Below are positions 28,332-38,294 of a DNA stretch of 64,000 nt, piece by piece. Each line of letters starts with the position of its first letter. The first letter of the stretch is position 1. This DNA comes from an uncultured Bacteroidales bacterium (lineage in GTDB: Bacteria > Bacteroidota > Bacteroidia > Bacteroidales > UBA10428), in NCBI GenBank assembly GCA_964461435.1, contig CAYWUI010000002.1:72-64071 (forward strand), in the 5' to 3' direction. The notes under the pieces were generated by a model. It searched no databases. It was not told where the DNA came from and saw nothing but the letters and a program-made list of their open reading frames with translations. A program made the translations under genes and the position numbers.

Positions 28332-31300
28332 TTATCGAAGCAAGGTCACATCCCCGCTGTCAACAAAGTTTTCGCCATTGGTATACTTGCCTTCGACTTT
28401 CCATATGTAGACATCCTGCTTTGCCAGTTTACCCCCAATGCGGCCATCCCAGCCCATATCTTTATTGTAGCTCTCAAATATTAACGCCCCCCACCTGTTA
28501 AAAATCATAAGATGGTACGTATCTACCTGGTCAATTATCGCAGGTTTAAACACCCTGTTTTCTTCGAGCATCGATTCAGGCCTGAAAGCATTGGGATAAA
28601 CAAGCTTGCCGCTAGGTTCGACATAGACAGCATTCTCCATGACATAAAGGTCAAAACAATCATTATCTGTCCACACACATAAAGTGACATCATAAACTCC
28701 CTCCTCGGTATAGACATGCTTGGGACTTAATTCTGTTGAAGTAGTACCGTCACCGAAATCCCACTCAAACACATCACCGTTGTCAGACAGGTTGAAATAG
28801 TGAACAGCCTCATCGTTCACATATACATACCTTGGAGCAAGATTAAAATAAGAGTTGGGAAGAATATACACATCATTTATTGCCTGATATGTGTCTTCCC
28901 CTCCGTCGCCCTTGGCAGTTAGTTTTATCTTATACTGGCCCGGCTCATAATATATATAAACCGGATTAGGTTTATTTGATACAGCGCCGTCACCAAATTC
29001 CCAGAGGAACGAACTGGAGAATGATGAAGTATTTTCAAAATGAATGGTCAGGGGCATACATCCCGGCTCCACAGGTTTAAATTTTGCCACGGGGGGATGA
29101 GGTATAATTTCAATATCTGCTGACACACTATCGGAACAGTGCTCTCCCGAGACTACCAGGGATATGGTATAATTGTCAACTCCCGGGTAATCATGTGAAC
29201 CGGGCTGCCTGTCATATGTTGTCGTTCCGTCGCCGAAGTACCATTTATAATCCCAGTTCCTGTCCTCTGTTGTATTAACGAAGCTTACCGTCTTGTCGGG
29301 GTACATCTGCTGCTGTGGCGACGCTGCAAATGAAGCTGCCGGTGAAGGATAAACGGTAATATCAACGAAGGATGTGTCAAGACAATTGAAAAATGAAGTT
29401 GTTATAAGTTGTACATGATACACCGTATCCGTTACCGAATTATTATAATAAGTGCGCATGGTATTGTATCCTGCTTCCTCCTGTCCCTCATCACCATAAT
29501 TCCAGTTATATGTAAATCCGCCCGGAGTGGCTATTAAAAGTATGTCAGCCGGATGACACGCTTTTACCGGAATTGCATCGATAGAAGTCTCTGGATTAGG
29601 ATATACCGTGACGTACTCATTTGCTGTATGACTGCAGCCGTACTGACTATATGCCGTAAGCCTGACATTAAAATAGTTAACCGAGGTCGACACATTACGG
29701 AATTCATGTGACGGATTATCAATATTGCTGGTTGCTCCATCTCCAAAATCCCACGTACAGGAAACAGCATCGTCAGACTGGTTATGGAAGTTGATTGTAA
29801 CCGGACTGCAGGCGGGGGCAGCATCGGATATAAAAGCAGCTGCAGGAACATCACTGATAATATTTATCGAATCAGAGGCCCTGCATCCTTTATTATCAAC
29901 TACCGTAAATCTTAAAAAATAACTGCCCCTGACTATTGTATTGAAAACAGGATTTCTGATATCAGTGCCAGACAAGGGAATTGTCTGGCCCGACCATTCG
30001 AATGTGTCATAATTACCCGAACCCCCGCTGACAGCAGTGTTCAGTTGCATATTTTCACCTGCACATACTATTGTATCATTATTATTTATGATAGTTTGCG
30101 GATTCGGATTAACAGTCAGTGTCAGGCTGTCGGAGGCAGAATTAAAGTTGATATCGGTAACATTTACACGTAACCTGTAAATGCCCGCACTGCTGCTCAC
30201 AAAAACAGGATTCGATATATTTGTTGCCGACAGGTATTCAGTATCACCGGACCACTGGAATGCATAGGACGGCGTTCCCCCTGAAGGCGTGGCAGTTATT
30301 TGAAAATGCTCACCTGCACATATTTGCCCGTTTATAACATTAAGGTTAACATATAGCAGGTCTTCCCTTACATTTACCTGTTTTGTCGATTCGGGACCGG
30401 GACATCCTATGCTGTTGGTCTCGGTTACAGAAATATTATAAAGCCCCAGGTTAGGGAACTGAAGAATAACAAAATTCTGGTTCTCCAGCAATAACGTTAT
30501 TCCGGGCGGTATGACCCAGTCGTATGTTGAACCCGCGTGGTAATTTACGGAATAGATTACATTAGACTGTCCCTGGCCCACTTCACCTGCCCCCTGTAAA
30601 AGGTTAATCCCGGGGGTGGGTAGTATTACAGCCTGCACCTGTATCCTGCTGCTTGTACAACCTGTAATATCATTATAACTGGATACATAATAGCTCCTTG
30701 TATCTGTTAGCCAGGGCGTCGTAAATACATTTGTTTCTTCCAGCATACTGCCGCCGGTAATGCTGTCGTACCACCTGTTAACGGTACCGTTTACTCCTGC
30801 TGATGAGGTTAATACCAGGGAATCAGGACCGCAGTGATACACATCATCTGCTGTCGGGAAAGAGGGAACCGGATTAATGACCGCACGCACTTCAATCCTT
30901 CCGCTTTCACAGCCCGTAATACTATTATAAGTTGATACCCAGTATGAAACTGTATTTGCCAAATAAGGCGTAGTGAATATAGTACCTGTATCAAGAAGAT
31001 TACCATTTACCTGTGAATCATACCAGTTATTTGTTGTCCCGTCCAATCCAACGTAAGAAGTTAGTGTTAACGTACCCTGTCCGCAGATGCTTTCGTCATT
31101 AACCACAGGTAACCCGGGAACCGGATAAATAGTAATATCAACCCTTATCCTTTCACTCTCACATGTTGTCAGTTCATTATAACTACTAACCCAGTACGAT
31201 GTTGATCCGGTAAGGTAGGGAGTAGTAAAATCCCTGGAAACAGACAGCATATTACCCCCTGTTGCAGCATCATACCAGCGGTTGGTAGTACCGTTATTAC

Positions 31301-34103
31301 CAATGGCTGCAGTTATTAGCAGGGGACCTTCACCGCAGTGCTCTATATCACTGACGGCAGGAACTTCAGGAACCGGATTAATAATAACATCAACTCTTCT
31401 TCTGTAACTTTCGCAATATGTAGTGTCATTATATGTTGCAACCCAGTAAGATGTGGCGGAGTTCAATACCGGTGTAGTAAAATTTTCAGACGTAGAGATT
31501 ATGGCTCCTCCGAATCCTGTTTCATACCACCTGTTACTGTTACCATTAAGTCCGATTGTTGATATAAGTGTAACTGATGCAGCCCCGCACCTCTCGGTTC
31601 CGTTGGCCGAAGGCATGCCGGGTAATGGTTTATATAATACGGAAACAGTATCTGCTGTTGAGGGGCATGATCCGCTGATTATTCTCCATTCAAATTCGTA
31701 AAGCCCCTCATTACCTGTAGTAATCCTTGCAAGTGCTGTTGGAGAATGTGAGCTGGGAAGGAAAGTGACATCGCCCGGACCACTAATCCTGCTCCATGTC
31801 CCTGTTCCAATGGCAGGGGTATTGCCATTCAGTCCTGCCGTGATACCACATACTGAATCGTTTGTCCCGGCGTCAGCAGGAGGTGCCGGCACCCCGAAAT
31901 CTATTATTACGGTATCGGAAGTAACACAGCTCTCATTGGTTATGGTCCAGCTAAACCCGTAAATACCCTCATTGCCCGGTAATATTTGCACTGTGGCATT
32001 TTCATCATCTACAGACGGATTAAAGGCAGGGGATATGCCCGAAGGATTTGTTACAACAGACCATACCCCTGCACCCACAGTGGCGGCGCTAGCCCCAAGC
32101 GGCATGGACAAAGTGCTGCACAGATCCTGGTCCGCCCCTGCATATGCAGGATCGGGAGCTTCATCCCTGGTAATATTCACTGCATCCGATGACCCGCTGC
32201 AAATTCCAAACCGGCTCGTTATCTCCCATAGGAACTGGTTAATACCATAACTCAATCCGGTAACCTCACTGCCAGCTATGCCGGGATTTGTAATTGCTGC
32301 TCCCCCCGAAAGTACGGACCATAATCCTGTACCTCCTCCCGATACCGGATTCCCATCCAGAAATACAGCAGCCGAGTCACATACTCCCCGGTCCGCACCG
32401 GCATCAGCCATATTGGGGGTAACATCCCTTAAAATCACAGCAGTGTCAGAAGTGGTTAAACATGCTCCAAACTGGCTTCTGACAGTCCATACAACAATAT
32501 TCTCCCCTGCCCCGATATTTGTTATACCGGAGTGGGGATCATCATTATCTGTGAATAAGAGGCTACCCCCGATTATATCCCATTCTCCTGTTCCATTATT
32601 TGTGGGAGCAGAAGCATTTAAAACAGAAGATAAATCATCGCAAAACGACTGGTCACTGCCTGCATCTGCAGCGTCAGGCTGCATATCCCTGGTGACCGTA
32701 ACGTCATCAACAGATACACAGGGCCCATTTTCAACAGTCCATATAAACAGGTTAGTACCATAATCCAGATTGCTGACCGCAGTTGCAGGATCTGCCGGAT
32801 CATCGATAATCGCTCCTCCGCTCGTGGTCCATGAGCCGCTGCCGATAACCGGATTAGCAGCATTTAGTTGAAATGTGCTGCCACATATTATTGTATCATT
32901 ACCTGCATCGGCCGGAGGAACAGGAGTATCAAATATCTCGAATGTAATTTTACTCGGCGCACTTTCACAAATTCCTAATCGTTCGGTAACCCAGTAAGAA
33001 TATCGTCCGCTGACAGAATTGTCAATGTAAGTCGGAGGGCCCGTAGGATCAAAGGAGCTTCCTGTATGTATGAGGGTCATTAACAGGGAATCCGCAAACC
33101 AGCGAACCTCTCCTCCTGAGGTTGAGAGTGAAAGGTTAACCGGACTGCCGGCGCAGAACTCCAGGAAAGGGTTAGCTATTTCAGGAGGGGTTGTAATGAT
33201 CTCAATTAATGCTGTGGTAGTAATCGGGGGGTTATCACCATCAATAATATCAGCCGGCGGATTACTGTCAAAAGGATTATTGTCATAAGCATTACATATG
33301 TTCCAGTTACGCATTGTTATTTCAAATATATCTCCTGCCTCACCACCCGGAGGGGCACTGATGGCCCATGAAGACTGGTTGGGCCCATCTGCAGGAATCG
33401 GGACCTCAACTATCGGTCCGGATACCGTTCCCAGCGGGTTGCCATCTGCATCTGTCAGTTGATAAGTATTTCCAAGTCCGTCCTCAACAGTCACATTTGG
33501 AATTCTGTTACCTGCAATGGTTGAAGTACCATATATAAACTGTACCCATCTTATAATGCGGTTAGGCTTGTCAGGTTCGACACTGACATTACAGTTAAAG
33601 GTGGAATTATCGCTAAATATAACATCAGCAATATCCTCTCCTTCACAGAATTGTGCTACGACAGGGTCCGTTATGATTACACCCCCATTTTCATTGTCCC
33701 TTGCCCAGGCACTGAAGGTCTGCTCCTGGCGGCTGCTGCTGGTACACTTCTCACCGTCATATATTACATATGCCTCGGCAGTATAGGAACATTCATCCGA
33801 AGGAAGGTAATTATGGGTGGCAGTGGCAGTGAAGATCGTATCACCCTGAGAAATGGCAGGGACTAATGTTGTTGCACCCGTTCCGTCATTCCAGACATAA
33901 AGAATTTCTACCCTGGAGGGGTTAACAGGAAGAAGGAACTTGTAACGAACATCCATGGTCATATTCACAGGAGCACATACACTACTGGGAATCTGGCCGC
34001 TGTAATTATCTGTTATTAATGCGCATTGACTGTAACTTCTTTCAGTTAACAATAGCATTAATATGATTAATACAGTTAGTAGTTTTGTTCGTTTGTGACA
34101 CAT
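28332..34103 (-). CDS. Giant cell-surface adhesin-like protein with T9SS type B (gliding-motility/CHU_C) C-terminal sorting domain
   Basis: The likely start is the ATG at 34101-34103 (MCHKRTKLLTVLIILMLLLT signal). The track start at 34160 adds 19 non-signal residues. Domains in order: a unique N-terminal ~300 aa; five ~85-aa modules beginning P(P/D)xADAG (nt ~31626-32921); four tandem Ig-like modules RWYD..GG..L....FTTP.L....SYWVS.YN..T.CES.R..V (nt ~30612-31625), with one more copy upstream; at least four PKD domains (W-x-FGDG). The C-terminus is YPNAF...IFNRWG...GWDG...GDVTLLR. Confidence 0.9.
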   Translation of the reverse strand: MCHKRTKLLTVLIILMLLLTERSYSQCALITDNYSGQIPSSVCAPVNMTMDVRYKFLLPVNPSRVEILYVWNDGTGATTLVPAISQGDTIFTATATHNYLPSDECSYTAEAYVIYDGEKCTSSSRQEQTFSAWARDNENGGVIITDPVVAQFCEGEDIADVIFSDNSTFNCNVSVEPDKPNRIIRWVQFIYGTSTIAGNRIPNVTVEDGLGNTYQLTDADGNPLGTVSGPIVEVPIPADGPNQSSWAISAPPGGEAGDIFEITMRNWNICNAYDNNPFDSNPPADIIDGDNPPITTTALIEIITTPPEIANPFLEFCAGSPVNLSLSTSGGEVRWFADSLLMTLIHTGSSFDPTGPPTYIDNSVSGRYSYWVTERLGICESAPSKITFEIFDTPVPPADAGNDTIICGSTFQLNAANPVIGSGSWTTSGGAIIDDPADPATAVSNLDYGTNLFIWTVENGPCVSVDDVTVTRDMQPDAADAGSDQSFCDDLSSVLNASAPTNNGTGEWDIIGGSLLFTDNDDPHSGITNIGAGENIVVWTVRSQFGACLTTSDTAVILRDVTPNMADAGADRGVCDSAAVFLDGNPVSGGGTGLWSVLSGGAAITNPGIAGSEVTGLSYGINQFLWEITSRFGICSGSSDAVNITRDEAPDPAYAGADQDLCSTLSMPLGASAATVGAGVWSVVTNPSGISPAFNPSVDDENATVQILPGNEGIYGFSWTITNESCVTSDTVIIDFGVPAPPADAGTNDSVCGITAGLNGNTPAIGTGTWSRISGPGDVTFLPSSHSPTALARITTGNEGLYEFEWRIISGSCPSTADTVSVLYKPLPGMPSANGTERCGAASVTLISTIGLNGNSNRWYETGFGGAIISTSENFTTPVLNSATSYWVATYNDTTYCESYRRRVDVIINPVPEVPAVSDIEHCGEGPLLITAAIGNNGTTNRWYDAATGGNMLSVSRDFTTPYLTGSTSYWVSSYNELTTCESERIRVDITIYPVPGLPVVNDESICGQGTLTLTSYVGLDGTTNNWYDSQVNGNLLDTGTIFTTPYLANTVSYWVSTYNSITGCESGRIEVRAVINPVPSFPTADDVYHCGPDSLVLTSSAGVNGTVNRWYDSITGGSMLEETNVFTTPWLTDTRSYYVSSYNDITGCTSSRIQVQAVILPTPGINLLQGAGEVGQGQSNVIYSVNYHAGSTYDWVIPPGITLLLENQNFVILQFPNLGLYNISVTETNSIGCPGPESTKQVNVREDLLYVNLNVINGQICAGEHFQITATPSGGTPSYAFQWSGDTEYLSATNISNPVFVSSSAGIYRLRVNVTDINFNSASDSLTLTVNPNPQTIINNNDTIVCAGENMQLNTAVSGGSGNYDTFEWSGQTIPLSGTDIRNPVFNTIVRGSYFLRFTVVDNKGCRASDSINIISDVPAAAFISDAAPACSPVTINFHNQSDDAVSCTWDFGDGATSNIDNPSHEFRNVSTSVNYFNVRLTAYSQYGCSHTANEYVTVYPNPETSIDAIPVKACHPADILLIATPGGFTYNWNYGDEGQEEAGYNTMRTYYNNSVTDTVYHVQLITTSFFNCLDTSFVDITVYPSPAASFAASPQQQMYPDKTVSFVNTTEDRNWDYKWYFGDGTTTYDRQPGSHDYPGVDNYTISLVVSGEHCSDSVSADIEIIPHPPVAKFKPVEPGCMPLTIHFENTSSFSSSFLWEFGDGAVSNKPNPVYIYYEPGQYKIKLTAKGDGGEDTYQAINDVYILPNSYFNLAPRYVYVNDEAVHYFNLSDNGDVFEWDFGDGTTSTELSPKHVYTEEGVYDVTLCVWTDNDCFDLYVMENAVYVEPSGKLVYPNAFRPESMLEENRVFKPAIIDQVDTYHLMIFNRWGALIFESYNKDMGWDGRIGGKLAKQDVYIWKVEGKYTNGENFVDSGDVTLLR

Positions 34104-34383
34104 GAGAAAAAATTTAAAATTCCATAAAAGCCCAAAAATTGTTGACGAACAGACTTGCATAGAACTTTTTTTAACTTAAAACTACTTAATAATTGTTCTG
34201 TTTTAGGGGGGGTCTCTTGAGTTAAAGTGAAAATAATTGATTTAAAATCAGCTTATTATGTTATATTAAACACTGGTTGACGGTTATTTATACGTTATAT
34301 AAGTAAAAACGTTACAACATTTTTACCAATATATTGCAAGGAAAGAATTACAGGTAAGTTATAAGGCAATAGTAATTTTTACC

Positions 34384-34755
34384 CTATTCAATTATTATCT
34401 TTTCAGTGCGTGAAGAATTATTATCCAGCATCACCTGGATGATATATAATCCCCTGTTAAGATTAACGAGACTTAAAACAACCTTTTTAGTCTCTTTCTC
34501 ATATTTTTGCATAAAAACAGTACTGCCGGTAATATCAAGTATCTCAATCTTTACAATTGAATTCTCTGCAGAAATATTAAGTATATTGTTAATAACAGGA
34601 TTAGGAAATATTTGAATTTCACCGGGATTATCATCGAATGTCCCGTACAAATAGTTGTCATCGTATATAATTTCCGCTGAAAGAGAAGCTCTTGAATTTA
34701 CCAGGACCGTACTTAGTACGATAGCTATACCTAGCATTAGTAAAAGTCTTTTCAT
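34384..34755 (-). CDS. Minimal T9SS type A cargo (signal peptide, ~25-aa acidic passenger, C-terminal sorting domain)
   Basis: 123 aa: MKRLLLMLGIAIVLSTVLVNSRA / SLSAEIIYDDNYLYGTFDDNPGE / IQIFPNPVINNILNISA...GLYIIQVML...KIIIE. Confidence 0.7.
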   Translation of the reverse strand: MKRLLLMLGIAIVLSTVLVNSRASLSAEIIYDDNYLYGTFDDNPGEIQIFPNPVINNILNISAENSIVKIEILDITGSTVFMQKYEKETKKVVLSLVNLNRGLYIIQVMLDNNSSRTEKIIIE

Positions 34756-34773
34756 TTCGGATATATTTTTAAG

Positions 34774-35097
34774 TTATAACATCCCCAATTCCAGTAATGC
34801 CTCGTCAGACATCATAGCCCTGTCCCACGGCGGCTCAAATACAAGATTAATATTCAAATCGTTGATCCCTTTTATATAAGTAATATGTTGCTTAACATCC
34901 GTGAGCAACTGATCCGCTATAGGACAGTTAGGAGATGTTAGCGTCATCGTGATCCTTACATTATTATGCTTGTCTATATCTATATCATATATTAATCCGA
35001 GATCATAAATATTAACCGGGATCTCAGGATCATAAATATTTTTAAGTTCCTGTATTATCTTGTTTTTAAGCTGCAACAAAGCATTATCTTTATTCAT
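34774..35097 (-). CDS. sufT: SUF-associated Fe-S assembly protein (DUF59 / SufT-type)
   Basis: 107 aa. YDPEIPVNIYDLGLIY...TLTSPNCP motif. Confidence 0.8.
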   Translation of the reverse strand: MNKDNALLQLKNKIIQELKNIYDPEIPVNIYDLGLIYDIDIDKHNNVRITMTLTSPNCPIADQLLTDVKQHITYIKGINDLNINLVFEPPWDRAMMSDEALLELGML

Positions 35098-35136
35098 GAT
35101 TATAATAAACGTAAAAATAAAGAGTTTATTTCCTGC

Positions 35137-35568
35137 CTATTCATTTTTATACTTTATATTATATGCAACAGCATAATTCCTCATTTGTTTAATAAAAGCC
35201 AATAGTCCGTTGGAACGTGTGGGTGAAAGGTTTTGTCTTAATCCTATCCTGTCAATAAAATAAAGGTCCGCATTAATTATTTCATCGGGTGTTCTCCCTG
35301 AAAGAACACGTATCAGCAAAGCTATTATACCTTTTGTGATAATTGCATTGCTGTCGGCACTAAAATTTATTACCCCGTCATTATATTCAGCATTTAGCCA
35401 TACTTTTGACTGGCAGCCACTTATAAGATAATCGTTATTTTTATATCTCGGATCGATAAGGGGCAGATCCCTGCTTAATTCAATTAAGTAGTCATATTTG
35501 TCCATCCAGCCATCAAATATTTCGAACTCCTGTATAATTTCTTCCTGTATTTCATTTATGTCTTTCAA
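35137..35568 (-). CDS. sufE: Cysteine desulfuration protein SufE
   Basis: SGCQSKVWL active-site cysteine context. A TTG start at 35566-35568 gives MKDINEIQEEIIQEF, which is the usual SufE N-terminus and length (~143 aa). The track's ATG at 35721 would overlap sufS by 77 nt. Confidence 0.8.
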   Translation of the reverse strand: MKDINEIQEEIIQEFEIFDGWMDKYDYLIELSRDLPLIDPRYKNNDYLISGCQSKVWLNAEYNDGVINFSADSNAIITKGIIALLIRVLSGRTPDEIINADLYFIDRIGLRQNLSPTRSNGLLAFIKQMRNYAVAYNIKYKNE

Positions 35569-35644
35569 CTTATTGGTTTTATTAATATTAACAATGAGAA
35601 TTTTATCAGGAATATTTAACCTGCAAATCGATGCCGGGTTATTC

Positions 35645-36871
35645 TTATGAAAACATTGTCCGGACTTTTTCAATTGCTTTACACAGAATATCCACCTCCT
35701 CCCTGGTGTTATACATAGCAAATGATGCCCTTATGGTACCATCAATATTATATCTCTGCATCACCGGCTGCGCACAATGAGTCCCCGTTCTTACCGCCAC
35801 CCCCATCTTGTCAAAGATCATTCCGGCATCATAAGGGTGAACATTATCAATAAGGAACGACAATATTGAGATCTTGTTTTTTGCCGTTCCGTATATTTTA
35901 ATATTACCTGATTCCTTAATTCTCCCTGTTGCGTATTTCAGAAGTTCTGATTCATAAACCGCAATATTTTGCCTGCCAATGTCATTAACATACCTGAGGG
36001 CTTCTCCAAGAGCTATGGCTCCGATATAATTTGTCGTTCCCGCCTCAAATTTGAAAGGAAGCTCATTATATGTTGTCTTCTCAAATGTTACATTTTCAAC
36101 CATTTCCCCGCCCCCCTGGAAAGGGAGCATCTCTTCAAGCCACCGTTCCTTCCCATATAACACTCCTATACCTGTAGGTCCGTATATCTTATGTCCTGAA
36201 AAAACAAAAAAATCACAATCCATCTTTTGAACGTCAACCTCAAGATGCTGAACTGACTGGGCTCCGTCAACAAGGACAGGTATATTCCTCATATGGGCTT
36301 TGCCGATAATATCTTCAACCGGATTAACTGTTCCAAGGGAATTTGAAACGTGAATTACTGCAACTATTTTAGTCCTTTCATTTAATAATTTTTCATACTC
36401 CTCCATTAAAAGCTCACCTTCATCAGTAAATGGTACTACCCTGAGGATTGCCTTTTTGCGTTCACAAAGCATTTGCCACGGGACAATGTTGGAATGATGC
36501 TCCATGGCCGTGATTACAATTTCATCACCCTCATTAATATATTTCTCACCAAAAGAAAATGCCAGCCCGTTAATCGATCCTGTTGTTCCGCTTGTAAAAA
36601 TAATTTCCCGTGATGATTTGGCATTTATAAATTCCTGCACCGTATTTCTAGCAATCTCATAAGATTCTGTAGCCTGTTCACTCAGGTAATGAAGACCCCT
36701 GTGTATACTACTGTTCCTGCTAATATGAAAATTATTAATACAGTCAATAACACATGCCGGTTTTTGAGTTGTAGCTCCGTTATCAAAATAAACAAGAGGT
36801 TTATTATATATTTTCCGGGTAAGAATCGGGAAATCTTTCCTGATTTTATAAACATCAAAATTCACAATCAC
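35645..36871 (-). CDS. sufS: Cysteine desulfurase SufS
   Basis: KIRKDFPIL start region, SGHKIYGPTGIG PLP-lysine motif and RTGTHCAQP active-site cysteine. GTG start. Confidence 0.95.
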   Translation of the reverse strand: MIVNFDVYKIRKDFPILTRKIYNKPLVYFDNGATTQKPACVIDCINNFHISRNSSIHRGLHYLSEQATESYEIARNTVQEFINAKSSREIIFTSGTTGSINGLAFSFGEKYINEGDEIVITAMEHHSNIVPWQMLCERKKAILRVVPFTDEGELLMEEYEKLLNERTKIVAVIHVSNSLGTVNPVEDIIGKAHMRNIPVLVDGAQSVQHLEVDVQKMDCDFFVFSGHKIYGPTGIGVLYGKERWLEEMLPFQGGGEMVENVTFEKTTYNELPFKFEAGTTNYIGAIALGEALRYVNDIGRQNIAVYESELLKYATGRIKESGNIKIYGTAKNKISILSFLIDNVHPYDAGMIFDKMGVAVRTGTHCAQPVMQRYNIDGTIRASFAMYNTREEVDILCKAIEKVRTMFS

Positions 36872-36888
36872 AAATTTTAAATTTCACG

Positions 36889-38256
36889 CTATCCGCAACT
36901 AATGTTACAATCATTACACCTGCTTAGCTCACCCCGGAGTCTTTTATCCACCAGGTCAATTATACGTTCCTTGAGATAAGGAACACTTATTTTACTAATT
37001 ATCTCATTTGCAAACGCATACATTAATAAATACTTTGCTTCTTTCTCACTTATGCCTCTTGTCTTAATATAGAATAATGCTTCATTATCAAGCTGTCCCA
37101 CTGTGGCACCGTGGGAGCATTTTACATCGTCAGCATAAATCTCCAGATGGGGCTTTGTGTATATTTTAGCGTCATCAGACAATAAAATATTGTTGTTTCT
37201 CTGAAAAGCTTCTGTCTTCTGGGCATCCGGACTAACATATATTTTGCCGTTAAATGATGCTGTGGCCTTATCATCGAGAATCCCTTTAAACAGCTGGTTA
37301 CTTTTACAGTATGGCTTTTCATGCCTGACATTGGTGAAGTTTGCCACATGTTGCTGCTGATCACATAAGTAAAGTCCGTACAGGTTATTTTCCGATCCTT
37401 CCCCGTTCATACTGACAAAGACATTATTCCTTATTAATCCTCCATGAAGCGATATCGTATTTGTTGTAACATTACTATTTTGCTTCTGGTTAATAAATGT
37501 GTTGGATATTTGTGTTGACAGGTTGTTTTCGTTTTGAATTTTTGAGTAATCAATGAATGAATTCTCATTAACATATAACTCTGTCAGAGAATTTGTCAAA
37601 TAACTCCTTTTACAAAGGGTGTGGTCACATATAATAATACGTGCCTGAGAGTTTTCATCAGCTACAATAAGATTACGGCGGAATATTCTCAAATTTTTAA
37701 AAGAATAACTGATATTGATAATCTGAAGGGGCTTCCCCAGTACTGTATTCTTTGGAATATGAATAAATACACCATCCTGGGCGAATAAGGTATTTAAGGC
37801 TACCAGTCCGTCCTCCGAAGAACCGGCACTTGCAGAGTAATATTTGCTGAAAATTTCCGGGTATTTTATTGACGCTTCTGCGAAACCGCATACCGAAATA
37901 TCTTCAGGCAGCATTTGCGAGCCGTTTTCATTGTAATAAAACCCGTTTAAAAGGAGTATTACATAAGTATCCAGCTCAGGAACATCACAACGGAAAATAT
38001 CCCTTAAATTAACTTTGAAGAAAGAATCATTTGCGAATTCAGATACATAGTCACCTTTAAAAAAAGGCTCAATGTTGGTATATCTGTATGCTTCATTCTT
38101 TTTGTCAGGAATACCAAACATATCAAAATCCGATAATGCCTTTCCCCTGAAACTATTAACCCGGGCGCCCGTATTGCTGTTGATGCTTGCCGCGTTTTGA
38201 TTATATAGCTCTATCAGTTCTTTTTTAATAGCGGTCAATATATCTGAATTGCTCAT
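36889..38256 (-). CDS. sufD: Fe-S cluster assembly protein SufD
   Basis: 455 aa. The C-terminal LEIYADDVKCSHGATVGQLD motif and its operon position support the call. Confidence 0.9.
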   Translation of the reverse strand: MSNSDILTAIKKELIELYNQNAASINSNTGARVNSFRGKALSDFDMFGIPDKKNEAYRYTNIEPFFKGDYVSEFANDSFFKVNLRDIFRCDVPELDTYVILLLNGFYYNENGSQMLPEDISVCGFAEASIKYPEIFSKYYSASAGSSEDGLVALNTLFAQDGVFIHIPKNTVLGKPLQIINISYSFKNLRIFRRNLIVADENSQARIIICDHTLCKRSYLTNSLTELYVNENSFIDYSKIQNENNLSTQISNTFINQKQNSNVTTNTISLHGGLIRNNVFVSMNGEGSENNLYGLYLCDQQQHVANFTNVRHEKPYCKSNQLFKGILDDKATASFNGKIYVSPDAQKTEAFQRNNNILLSDDAKIYTKPHLEIYADDVKCSHGATVGQLDNEALFYIKTRGISEKEAKYLLMYAFANEIISKISVPYLKERIIDLVDKRLRGELSRCNDCNISCG

Positions 38257-38294
38257 ATGCCAACAAATAACAATCTTTAATTTAAAAACATACT

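Noticed and set aside
34104-34160. A 19-codon extension of the adhesin, and similarly 21732-21764 for the TonB receptor
   Set aside because: The extensions precede, rather than form, the signal peptides. The internal ATGs give standard K/R-then-hydrophobic signal sequences.
35569-35721. A 51-codon N-terminal extension of SufE from the ATG at 35721
   Set aside because: It would overlap sufS by 77 nt, and the extra residues (MLCITPGRRWIFCVKQ...) look like out-of-frame sufS sequence. The TTG at 35568 gives the canonical SufE N-terminus.
37104-37119. TGGCACCGTGGGAGCA, which satisfies GG-N10-GC spacing of a sigma-54 promoter
   Set aside because: It is inside sufD on the antisense strand with no downstream gene to drive. 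A single hit of this loose pattern is expected by chance.
38165-38175. An 11-nt match (GCGCCCGTATT) between sufD and the repeat arm at 735-745
   Set aside because: Exact 11-mer matches between arbitrary positions of a 64-kb window are expected in large numbers. It is inside a conserved CDS and has no inverted partner.
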